A stretch of 64,000 nucleotides of DNA, taken from Camelus dromedarius. Its lineage: Eukaryota. Location: assembly GCF_036321535.1 (NCBI RefSeq), contig NC_087436.1:26290001-26354000 (forward strand), written 5' to 3'. Position numbers and translations under genes: made by a program. Each line of letters opens with the position of its first letter. Within the stretch, counting starts at the first letter, position 1. Positions 12,780 through 23,115 of the stretch are shown here, piece by piece. Below the pieces are notes generated by a model. It worked only from the letters and a program-made list of their open reading frames with translations. It was not told the origin of the DNA and searched no databases.

Positions 12780-13670
12780 CTGACTTTATTTTTTGTTTTA
12801 TTTTTGAGAATGAGCTAGTAACTATGTATGTATATATGCATTTTCTCCTTTTTCAGTTTTATTAGGTAGATCTATTATAGTTTGACTGCAATACACATTA
12901 TATTGCATGTAAATACATATATACAGTATGCTGCATTTTTTAAGTTTACATATATATACTAATTATTATTTCTAAGAACAGATTTGATCTTTAGCTTTTT
13001 TAACATACATAGTTATCAAAGGAATAAAGCCAACTACAAAATAAGAAGCAACAGATAAATAGCTGACTTAAAAAAATGAATTTGAATGGCTTTAGAGGGG
13101 ACATGTACTCTCCAACTGACTTTGGGAACCCCCTGGCTTTTATGATATCTAGGCAAGTTTGGTTTATCAGTATTTGTCCTGGAAAACTCTGCTCCTCTGA
13201 TGTACTGTCTGAAACTTCTCTGCTGTATTTGTCTTAATTGTTTCCCTCTTCTTAGGGACTACTTAAAGTACCATTAAAAATTTTAGAATAGCATTTTTAA
13301 ATTAGTATCTTATATTACCTTCACTTTTCTCCTTACTGACATTTTTTTTTACATTTTTTTATTGAATAATAGTTATTTTACAATGTTGTGGCAAATTCTA
13401 TTGTAGAGCACAATTTTTCAGTCATACATGAACATGTATATATTCATTGTCACATTTTTTTTTGCTATGAGCTACCACAAGATCTTGTATATTTTTCCCT
13501 GTGCTATACAGTATAATCTTGTTTATCTAGTTTATCTAGTCTGCATTTTAAAATCCTAGTCTGTCCCTTCTACCCCCACCCACTTGGCAACCACAACTTT
13601 GTATTCTGTGTCTGTGAGTCTGTTTCTGTTTTGTATTTATGTTTTTGTTTGTTTGTTTGTTTGTTTGTTT

Positions 13671-14039
13671 TTAGATTCCTCATATGAGCGATCTCATATG
13701 GTATTTTTCTTTCTTTTTCTGGCTTACTTCTCTTAGAATGACATTCTCCAGGAACATCCATGTTGCTGCAAATGGCATTATGTTGTCAGTTTTTGTGGCT
13801 GAATAGTATTCCATCATATAAATATACCACATCTTCTTTATTCAATCATCTGTTGATGGGCATCTAGGCTGCTTCCATGTCTTCGCTATTGCAGATAGTG
13901 CTGCTATGAACATTGGGGTGCAGGTGTCATTTTGAAGTAGGGTTCCTTCTGGATATATGCCCAGGAGTGGGATTCCTGGGTCATATGGTAAGTCTATTCC
14001 TAGTCTTTTGAGGAATCTCCATACTGTTTTCCACAGTGG
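13671..14039 (-). pseudogene. L1 ORF2p C-terminal remnant (~123 codons), with in-frame stops
   Basis: PLWKTVWRFLKRLGIDLPYDPGIPLLGIYP...TPMFIAAL...WKQPRCPSTDD*IKKMWYIYMMEYYSA; terminal TAA at 13673-13671. Confidence 0.92.
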
Positions 14040-14180
14040 CTTTCCTTGCTTCCCTCTCCCACTCAATGATTTAGATGTCTTCTTTTACAATTTTGTGTTT
14101 ATTCTTTTTGTAATTCATGGCAGTTATCTCCTTTCCAGTTATGAGTTTCTCATTTTTGTAGCATCCTGCTTCTTTTCTAT

Positions 14181-15081
14181 TTAGAGTAGACCTGTGAATA
14201 TTCCTTTTAGCATGGATTTAGTGTTGCTAAACTCTTTGAGTTTTTGCTTGTCTGTGAAGTTCTTTATCTCTCCCTCTATTCTAAAGGATAACCTTGCTGG
14301 ATAGCGTATCCTTGGCTGCATCCTTTTTTCATTCAGGACTTTGCATATATCTTGCCCACTCCCTTCTGGCCTGTAGTGTTTGTGTAGAGAAATCAGCTGA
14401 GAGCCTTATGGGGGTTCCCTTGTAACTCACTCTTTGTTTTTCTCTTGCTGCCTTTAGGATCGTTTCTTTATCCTTGACTCTGGCCATCTTGATTATGATA
14501 TGTCTTGGTGTGGGTCTGTGTGGGTTCTTCCTGTTTGGGACCCTCTGAGCCTCCTGTACTTGGATATCTGATTCCTTTAGATTTGGGAAGTCTTCAGTCA
14601 TGATTTCTTCAAATACCTTTTCAATCCCCTTTGTTCTTTCTCCCCCTTCTGGAACCCCTATTATGCATAGATTGGCATGCTTTATATTATCCCATAGGTC
14701 CCTTATATTGTTTTCATTGTTTTTTATTTGTATTTCTCTCAGCTGTTCTGATTGGGTGCTTTCTATTGTCCTGTCTTCTAGGTCACTTATTCGTTCCTCT
14801 GCATTATCTAGCCTGCTTTGTACAGCCTTTAGGTCAGCTCTCATCTCAGCAAATGAGTTTACTAATTCTACTTGGTTCTTCTTTATAGCTTCTATTTCAT
14901 TTTTGACATATTTTATATCTCTAAACACTGTTTCTTTAAGTTCCTTCAGTACTTTGATCAGTCCTTTTTTGGAATCTTGATCTAGTAGGCCATCAATGTC
15001 TATTTCCTTGATCATGCTTTCAGGGGATTTCTCTTGATCTTTTAATTGGGAGTGGTTCCTTGGCTTCTTCATATTGCTCAT
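14181..15081 (-). pseudogene. L1 ORF1p (coiled coil, RRM, CTD), ~299 aa after correcting one frameshift
   Basis: 250-aa ORF with SRLDNAEERISDLED, NLCIIGVPE, TPRHIIIKM, ILKAAREKQ, PIRLSADFS, ARREW; removing one extra G at 14355-14357 restores QDICKVLNEKRMQPRIRYPARLSFRIEGEIKNFTDKQKLKEF...GLL* ending at 14181. Confidence 0.93.
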
Positions 15082-16422
15082 ATCTCTCTGGCACTGTGGC
15101 TTAAGGAGTATCAGTTATCTAGTTCTCCTGGAGATGGTGTGCTCTTAATGATTTTATCGAGAGCTCTTTGTGTCTTCGCCCTGTTTCGCGAACTCAGCTT
15201 GCTGTTTCCAGAGGCCCTCTGTTGGTGCCCTCATCTGTGCTGCTCCCAGTGGCTGTGGGCTAGCAGATCGCACCCCCTCCTAACACTGGGTCAGGACCTG
15301 AACTCTTACCTGGTGGGTGGGCGGGTCACTCCCCTTCCTGATGCCGCAGTCAGATGCTGCGCTTGGCGGGGAGGCCGGTGGGCGTATTGCACCCTCTCCC
15401 GGCACCGTGGTCAGGTGCTGCATAACTGCCATGAAGGTGAGTGGCTGCCCGCCCTCTCCTGGCACCGGTTGCTCTGCTCCTCTGTGCAGCTGCCCACTCC
15501 GCCTCCGGTTGACACTCCAAAGGCAAGCTCGGGGAAGACCACGGAACGGCCCCGCCCCTGCTCCGTGCCAAATCTCAGCTCCTTGTTTGTCTTGGCGGCA
15601 CAAGTTCTCTGAGGTGCAAGGGCAGAAAGATCCTATCTGCCTTGGGCTAAAAAACAAGTCTCAGCTCTGCCCAGGAGGTTGTGGAGTCCCCTGGTGTGAA
15701 TTCAGGTCTCGGCCCTGCCCCCACCCAGGCTACACACAGGAGGAGATGGTGGCTGTGGCAGAGCCCCGCCTCTCTTCTCGTGAGATGCACCAGTAATGGC
15801 GGCACAAGTCTGAGGTTACAAAGGCTACGGCGCCCCTCCCCCCAGGGCATACCAGCCGTGTTGCTTTGCTTTTTTCGCAGCTTATGGGGGACCAAGGTTG
15901 TTCTGCTCCGTATCCACTCCCAGCCATGGCACACAGCCTCCTGCGGTCCCCCGGGGCTGCCTCAGTGCAGCCGCCCCAGTCCTTCACCCGGCTCAGGCAG
16001 CCTGTCCCGGTCCCCGCTGCCGGCTGGCATCTCAGGCTCGGTGTCGTGGGGACCCTTTGTGCCTGTTTAATTCAGTTCTGTCGGTCAAGGGGTGCTTGGG
16101 GCAGATCTGAGCCTCAGAGGCTCCCTCTCCATCCCGCTGGCCTCTCCGTTGGAGAGGGGAGACCCAGCAAACGAGCGCCAGTCCTCCTTTGCCGCTCCCT
16201 CCCCATGGGACTGGTCCCATACTGTTTTGCTTTTTCTTCTTTCTTTTTTCCTTTTCTCCTACCAGATGTTTTGGTGTCCTTGTCTTTCGAAGAGGGCAAT
16301 GCTCTGTTGGAGTTCGGTAGGTGCTCTGGTTGGCTGAGTAGGTCCGTAGATGTGAGTTTTGGTGTATTTGTGGGAGAGGGTGAGCTACAAGCGTCCTTCT
16401 ACTCCACCATCTTGCTTCTCTC
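15082..16422 (-). promoter_or_regulatory. L1 5'UTR internal promoter, CpG-island-like
   Basis: 1.34-kb GC/CpG-rich block, by far the most GC-rich part of the window; 5' end GAGAGAAGCAAGATGGTGG carries the YY1-type CAAGATGG motif typical of L1 starts. Confidence 0.85.
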
Positions 16423-16581
16423 CCTTACTGACATTTTAAATATAAGAATGTGATATATCTGATAAACTAAGTTCTTGATAACTCAATTTTCTCTTTATAT
16501 TTTCATATCAAGCCCATCTATATAGCATCTTATTTTAAGTTACTAAAATGACTGTTAAAGATAGAACAGATAAATCTATAT

Positions 16582-16799
16582 CATCAGTTCTCCATTGGGG
16601 GTGACTTTGCCTTCCGGGGAGCATTTGCAACGCCTGAAAACATTTTTGGTTACCACAATGAGGAGTGGAGGGAACTACTGGCATCTAATGGATGGAGGCC
16701 AGGGATGCTGCTACACACCCTACAATGCACAGGACAGACTTCCGCAGTGAAGAATTATCCATCCCAGTATGTCCAGAGTGCTTAGATCGAGAAATCCTT
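16582..16799 (+). mobile_element. MER20 (hAT-Charlie) DNA transposon
   Basis: GGGGGTGACTTTGCC...CTACTGGCATCTAATGGATGGAGGCCAGGGATGCTGCTACACACCCTACAATGCACAGGACAG...GAGAAATCCT. Confidence 0.9.
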
Positions 16800-16814
16800 A
16801 TCTATGTAAAAACA

Positions 16815-17030
16815 AATGTGTCAGTCTCAGGAGTCAAACTATTCCAGTTCAAATTCTGGCTCCATATGGGAAGTGTCTGATGTGATGTTGTCCAGTTTAC
16901 TTGTTCCTCAGTTTTTTATTTTTTTAAATGGAGGTGATGATTCATGCATAAAGGGTTATCATCAGAATTAAACTAAATGCTTAGAACAGTACCTGTACAT
17001 AGGTAAAATTTTAGATGTTAGTTATTCTCA
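16815..17030 (+). mobile_element. MIR SINE
   Basis: GGAGTCAAACT...GTTCAAATTCTGGCTCC...CCTCAGTTT...AAATGGAGGTGATGA...TGCTTAGAACAGTACCTG. Confidence 0.75.
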
Positions 17031-18364
17031 TCAAATATTTTATACGTAGTTTTATTGATTGTGAGTGTACATGATTTTTCAATCACAAAATTGTTAAGTC
17101 AAAGTAATTTTGCCAGAATCCATTTATTTGTTGCAAAATTCATTTATATCTGGTTGTCTTTTCCTTTTGTTTTAATTAAATACCACCCAAGTTAGCCATA
17201 GGATGACACTAAGTATGCTTTGTTTTCTTTTTCTCTTCTCTCTAGCCACGCCATAACCGGGTCTAAATTGTTAGCACTTCAGTCATATAACAAGAGGAAA
17301 TTGTACCAAACAAATTAAAAGTGGTAGTGTTCACAGAAGGCAAAAATGACATATAATTTGAGCCAGGCTGACAGCTGGAGATAGTTGTCTTAACTCTGAT
17401 GACTATCATGAGATTACTGCACTTTTTAACAGTAACAACAATCTAAATAACCAAGGAAAGGAACCATTTACAGTCTTAGTTAAAAAATCTAAAAAATCAG
17501 AGTGTATGCCCAGCATATTTTCAAAATTATAATTTCTGTCTTATTTTCCCAGTAATATTAAAAATCTTGTAATTTATTGGCAAATACTTGCATTTTCTGA
17601 TATGAACAAATAAACTGTTACAAAATAAATACTTTTGCACTCACACAGGTAGTTACTAAGTTAATATAAACTTTAAGTTGAAGCCCTCCTCCCTGCAAAT
17701 AGTGGACTTTATGGACTTCTCTAGCTTCCTACCTATTTGTAAGCTTTTAGATAAAATATTTATTGACTATTGAAGCACTAGATACTAAGATGAAAAAAAA
17801 TAGAACTCTTTTCTTAATAAAATGCAATTCATCACATTTAGGGAATTTCCAGGGAACATATACATCCTTCTTAATAGTCAATAACACAAAAGCAGTGAAA
17901 ACCATAACTTATCTTTGAGTGAAGCTTATTGAGGGCTGTGTGGGAAAAATGTGGTTCGTTCCTCAATCGGTATTAGACTGTGTTGATTTAAAGAAGCTTT
18001 ACCCCACTAGGAAAGAAACAACAACAATGTGTTCTAAAAGTGATATAATATGTCAGACCAAAATATCGGTTTGAAAAACTTTAGATAGAAAATCACAAGA
18101 CTATCTAGTATATTCACAAGACTGTCTAGTACATAGATAGATATGGCTAGATACTTGATGTGATAAATTTTTCATCTTTAATGTTGATTTTCCAAAATCA
18201 TAAAACTTTATAGATATATAAGACAGAGAACAACATTTGGAATCAGAATGAGAAAAAAGAAACAGCTTAATAGAATTAAGGTTTTGTTTTGTTTTGGTCC
18301 AGACCTCAGTATGTTAACACATAAATTTATCTCTTCTGTTTCCCCAACCACACTACAATTAAAT

Positions 18365-18724
18365 TAAAGAATCACTTGCTCTGAGGAAAGCTAGTTGCCA
18401 TGTTGTAGAGACTCTCAAGCAGTCTAATGAAAGGTCCATGCAGCAATGAACTGAGGCTTCTTGTGCGTTGCCTTTGAGGTGTTGGGGTTTCCTGCCAACA
18501 GCTGTGTAAATGAACCATCTTAAAATTGGATTCTTCAGCCCACTCAGGACAACTGCAGCACTGGCCAAGATGTCGACCACAAACTCATGAGACACACTGA
18601 GCCAAAATCACCCAGTTAAGCTACTTCTGAATTTCTGACCCACAGAAACTTAGAGATGTTTGCTGTTTTAACTTGCTAACATTTGAACTAATTTGTGACA
18701 TGGTAGTAATAGTGATCCAATACA
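18365..18724 (+). mobile_element. MaLR LTR (MLT1F-like), 3' part
   Basis: CACTTGCTCTGAGGAAAGCTAGTTGCCATGTTG...CACCCAGTTAAGCTACTTCTGAATTTCTGACCCACAGAAACT...AATACA. Confidence 0.8.
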
Positions 18725-19830
18725 AGAATAAAAGAGAAGAAAGAGCATCATAGCAGATGGAAGCTGGTAACAATTTGAAAACTATAGGGCAAGTGGACAA
18801 GTGATATGAGACAGAATGTAGGTGGGATTGAAAACAGGTGGATGAATAATAGAAAGTCAGTAAAAGGAGAACTTAAATTCTAAAATGTCCTCTCCCACTC
18901 CTACTCAAAAACAAAATAGAACAAAACAACAATAACCTCTTGCCATTTTGGCAAAGATAGACAGCTTACTCTGGAATGTTGGTAAATTCTGATACACAAG
19001 GCACAGCTGTGGAAAGGAGTGGCCAATTTAATAAGATCAATTAAATGGAAGTTTCTTGGTGATTAGCAGGAAACTAGCCAGAGTTTCCTGAAAACCTCCC
19101 AGAATTTTTAAAGTTAGAGTTACAACTCCCACCCCTCAAGAAGCAAAATTGAATTATTGCTTCCTTTAACTAATCAGCACAAGAGAAAGTATACTCTCAG
19201 TGGAGTATACCATCCCATAGTGAAATGGCCTTGATTGTTGGCTTACTATACCACTGTGGTCCACACTGAGGTAGGCAGAGTTCTAACATGACTCCTGATG
19301 ACCCACAGCCTCATATAATCCCCTCCTCTGAGTATGGGAGGGACCTGTGAATAGGATGGGATATCACTTCAGTTATAAGGTCACTTTATATGTTAAAAGT
19401 GGAAGGATTTTACAGATGTAATTTAGATGTTTAATCAGTTGACTCTGAGTTTATAAAAAGGGAGATTATCCAGGGTGGGCATGACCTAAACAGATGAGCC
19501 CTTAAAAGAGACTTAAAACAACAGCAGACATATTCCTTTGAGTCTTGAAATAGAAAACTGTCATGTTATCTAGGGTTTGATAACAACCCCTGGCCAGCTA
19601 TCAGGAAGAGAACATGGACCTCAGTCCTGAAACAGTGAGAATTTCTGCAATTAAAATTCTGCTAACGATCTGAATGAAGCTGGAAATGGATTCTTACCCA
19701 GTAGAGCCTCTGGCTGAGAATGCAGCCTGGCCAACCCTTTCATCTCAGCCTTGTGAAACCCTGAGCAGAAAACTCCTCTGAGCCATGCCCAGACTTCTCA
19801 CCTACAGAAGTGTGAGATTAAAATGGATTT

Positions 19831-19934
19831 TTTATTGAAGTATAGTTAGTTTACAATGTTGTGTCAGTTTCTGGTGTACAGCATAATAGTTCAGTTATAC
19901 ATATACATACATATTTTAGTTTGCATATTATTTT
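19831..19934 (-). mobile_element. 5'-truncated L1 3'UTR end (~100 bp)
   Basis: TTTATTGAAGTATAGTTAGTTTACAATGTTGTGTCAGTTTCTGGTGTACAGCATAA; homologous to the 3' end of the 13346-16422 element. Confidence 0.85.
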
Positions 19935-20066
19935 GGGTATAGCTCAGTCATAGAGCACATGCTTAGCATGAATGAGGGCCTGGGTTCAATCCCCAGTAGC
20001 TCAATTAAATAAACAAACAAACAAACAAACAAGCCTAACTACCTCCCCCCAAAATAAAAAAATAAA
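19935..20066 (+). mobile_element. tRNA-Ala-derived SINE (camelid vic-1 type)
   Basis: GGGTATAGCTCAGTCATAGAGCACATGCTTAGCATG...GGGTTCAATCCCCAGTA (A and B boxes), then (AAAC)n-CCTAACTACCTCCCCCC-A-rich tail. Confidence 0.88.
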
Positions 20067-21519
20067 TAAAGTGGATTTTTTTTAAAGCCGCTAAACTTGT
20101 GGTGATTTGCTGTGTGGCAGTAAGAAACAAAAACTAACATACACACCATTAGACAAACTCTGCCACTTTAAGCTGAACTGTCATTTAGCACTTTCTTTTT
20201 AACATGAATAGGTAACCAAAAATAATTAAACATTGAGGGAAGATATTAGTCATAGACAAGGAAATTTTTTTTCAGAATAGAAGGATATGAGTTTTCATGT
20301 TAATGGGGCCATTGAGTATACATCAAAAATGAAAAAGACTCAAAATAAAACTGCATTATAAAATTTCAGAACATAGTGGATAAGAATATGATCAAGCTGA
20401 ACTACATTCAGCTGTGAGTAATATATGGAAGTTAGAAGAGAGTAATACCTTTGCATACCAAGAAAAAGGGTGATCCCTCTCCCCTGAGTTCTATACCAAG
20501 GCAAAATAACGTTTTATTATGATACAACAAATACGTTTTTGGTGGGCATGCGTCTTCTCAAAATATTGCTTCCTATGCCTTTTATGGAAACTACTGGGGG
20601 CTGTGATCCCTAAAAGTCTAGAGAGTACGCCAAGAAAAAAAAGAAGCCCTCTGCTCCAGAACATAGAAGATTCAGAGTTAGTTCTAGCAAAAGGATGTTA
20701 GTGAAAGGAAGTCCCAGGGAGAACTGTATAGTAGGCATGGCGAACAGCAGCAACACCCACATGGGGTGGGTGTGGAAGGAGGATGGCTTTAGGATAGAGG
20801 TCACCTTGAAAATAATTAATTGATAGATATTTTGATGGGTTTAAACATGCGGAAAATGCCACTGAGAGACTTTTTAGAATCTCATGGACTGTTTCAGAAG
20901 AAGGAACTGTATTAGAAAACAATACAGATTTTTAAATGGGCAACTACTTATTTCAGAAAAGTTAAAAGATTTTTAAGAGTGCTTACTTGGCTCAGCATTG
21001 AATGATAAGTGTAATTGCATAGTAATATATACTGAGTATTTAAACCAATGTTGTGGTATGGGCTTATTATAAGAATGGAGAAGAGAGAGAACAATGGGAA
21101 GGGCTTCTGTTGTTAGAGATAAGATCTTACATACCATAATAGAAAACAGTATATACTTTCTAAAAATTGTGTATCTAGTTATAGCAGTATAGGTATACAT
21201 TTTATGTATACACAGGTAAATATAAGGAGACATAGCTAAAAACAACAACAACAACAACAACAAAACCTCACAAACAAATAGGATTAAGGAGCCTAGGAAA
21301 TAATGGAAGAAAGACTGCTCTTCATTACCAGTCATTTTGGTCCGTTGGCTCTTTTTGAAATGGAGTGTATGTACTACTCTTATAAAATTAAATTCATTAA
21401 AAGGATCATAGTAAACTAATTAAAATGTAAATGTAAGGTGAAATGTGGGAGAACATTTCCAACTAATGTGACAGTCAATAAGATGATATTCATTATTCAA
21501 AGAATTCATTTTTTACTAG

Positions 21520-21745
21520 GAAAAAGTATAATATGCTGTCATGGTTGAGAGAAATTTGGAGACAGACTCCATTTTCGAGTCTCAGCTCTTTTGACAGACT
21601 CTCATTCCTGGACTAGATATATAATTTCCTCATCTCTAAAAAATAATACTTATACAACATGGTTCTTGGAAAAAATAAATATGAGAAAGCTTATAAAGTA
21701 TTTTGATAGTACCTGGTAAATAGTAAGTCAATAAATATTAGCTAT
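21520..21745 (+). mobile_element. MIR SINE
   Basis: TTTGGAGACAGAC...TTTCCTCATCTCTAAAAAATAATAC...TAGTACCTGGTAAATAGTAAGTCAATAAATATTAGCTAT. Confidence 0.7.
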
Positions 21746-22123
21746 ACAAATAACTGGGAAATACTTACTAAGAAGATCAATATACACAGCACTGTATTAA
21801 GTCTGAGTATAAAGAAACATGAACGAAACACGAATGATTTCTGCATGTTAAACTGGCAGTCTAGTTGACAGTCTAGATAAAAGACAAATGAGAAAATAAA
21901 GCTACAAATTTATAAAAGCTAAAAAATATTATAAAATCCAAATCCTAGTAAGTGAACAGCGTTTCTCTGAAAGAAACAGAGTAGTGAGCAACATTGGAGA
22001 GTGTGTGTGTGCGCGCGTGAGTGTGTGTATATGTAGGGTAGAAGTTGTACTTCCTTACAAAGTACAACTTAAAAAGGTTATCATTGGTTGTCTCATGAGA
22101 AGATGGTGTTTAAGTCCCAGCCT

Positions 22124-22230
22124 TCATTGATCTGCTCAGGCTGCCATAACAAAATACCACACTGGGTGTCTTAAACAACAAATTTATTTCTCACAGTCCT
22201 CAAGTGTAGAATTCTAAGATCAAGATTCTG
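22124..22230 (-). mobile_element. MaLR LTR (MLT1A-C) 3' fragment
   Basis: CTGCTCAGGCTGCCATAACAAAATACCACACTGGGTGTCTTAAACAACAAATTTATTTCTCACAGT. Confidence 0.8.
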
Positions 22231-22689
22231 TGCTTTTCATCAGAGTAATTTTTGGTGTCAAAATGCCCTTGCAAGTTTCTTCTGACAATTATTTGGGCAG
22301 GGGTGGAAGAGATGGTCTGGCCAGTTCCACACAAGGAAGAACAGCCACACTGTAGTGCCGACAGAGCCCTAATTGAGGGTGTTAGACATGAATGATAAGA
22401 CCACATAGCAATCACTCTTTTCTTTCCTCCTCCCTAAGAGACAGTCTCTCCAGAGCAGCAAAAACCAGAAGTAGTCACATTCCAGAAGCAGGAAGAAGAC
22501 ATACTTTTAAAGAGAGAAAATGCTTACCAAACAGACTATGAAGAATTATTGAGGTATTAATGACTGCAAGATCTACCCAAGGCAGGCATAAGGCTTAGAG
22601 AAACAGAAAATACTAACTCTTATAAAATTGATTTCCATTTTGTGGTGGAGGTTTTTGAATTTGATTTTTGACAGTCACATTCATATTTG

Positions 22690-23115
22690 ATACACTATCC
22701 TCAGTCAAGCAAAACAGCAAACGTTAAAATAACCTTTTCAAGAGTTAATATCCTATAATTTCAGTGCATGGAAACTGACCTAAGAAAATTGTTGGAAACT
22801 CCACGAATCTTCCATAAATTAGTACAGTGTTACTTATATTAAGAAAAGAGTGGAAATGATTACATATTATATAGCTATCTACACTGTGTTTTTCAAAAAT
22901 ACCTTATTTACATGGACACCTCACAATACAATGATAGGAGAAAGTATGTTGCATATTTACATGCAGTTTAGAAAACATCATATGTATACATGTATATATT
23001 AAAAGGAAACCTGCTAAAATATTACCAATGATTATCTCTGGTGGATAGTATTACTAGGGTCACTTAAAAAAAATCTCTTTACATTTTTGAAACTTCTATT
23101 AACAGTCACTTTGCT
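22690..23115 (+). mobile_element. Old L1ME-like 3' fragment
   Basis: AAAATATTACCAATGATTATCTCTGGTGGATAGTATTAC-type L1ME 3'UTR text. Confidence 0.5.

Larger units (their letters stand above)
13346..16422 (-). mobile_element. Young lineage-specific L1 with complete 5' end and ORF1 but most of ORF2 deleted (ORF1-only, non-autonomous)
   Basis: TSD CCTTACTGACATTTT at 13331-13345 and 16423-16437 followed by AAA (TTTT/AA endonuclease site); AATAAA + A-tail at 13346-13363; order 5'UTR, ORF1, spacer stub, ORF2 C-terminus, 3'UTR. Confidence 0.95.
19267..20143 (+). mobile_element. MaLR LTR (MLT1E-like), interrupted at ~19820-20083
   Basis: Starts TGAGGTAGGCAGAGTTCTAACATG; GGGAGATTATCCAGGGTGGGC; resumes AAGCCGCTAAACTTGTGGTGATTTG...AACTAACATACA. 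Confidence 0.85.
18730..21400 (+). mobile_element. Ancient HAL1 (half-L1) remnant, interrupted by an MLT1E LTR
   Basis: Decayed ORF1-like text at 20200-20620; HAL1-type AAAGGAAGTCCCAGGGAGAACTGTATAGTAGGC...TGATAGATATTTTGATGGGTTTAAACATG; 3' end GACTGCTCTTCATTACCAG...GTATGTACTACTCTTATAAAATTAAA; 5' boundary uncertain. Confidence 0.65.

Noticed and set aside
12850..13136. AU-rich, 3'UTR-like stretch with minus-strand AATAAA and a CAGGGGGTTCCCAAAG hAT-like end
   Set aside because: Cannot distinguish an old hAT fragment from a retrocopied UTR or unique DNA; no second TIR, polyA tail or TSD found.
14600..14980. 126-aa Ser/Leu-rich plus-strand ORF
   Set aside because: Antisense shadow of the L1 ORF1 coiled coil.
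15046..16453. Many overlapping 60-195 aa ORFs on both strands in the L1 5'UTR (possible ORF0-like antisense ORF)
   Set aside because: Long ORFs are expected in GC-rich, stop-poor DNA; many start at TTG/GTG and show no recognisable domain.
18093..18134. 21-bp direct repeat pair
   Set aside because: Ordinary two-unit slippage duplication; no spacers or array (not CRISPR-like).
19935..20005. tRNA-Ala-like sequences here and at 61815-61890
   Set aside because: Degenerate cloverleaf with A-rich tails; these are SINEs, not tRNA genes.
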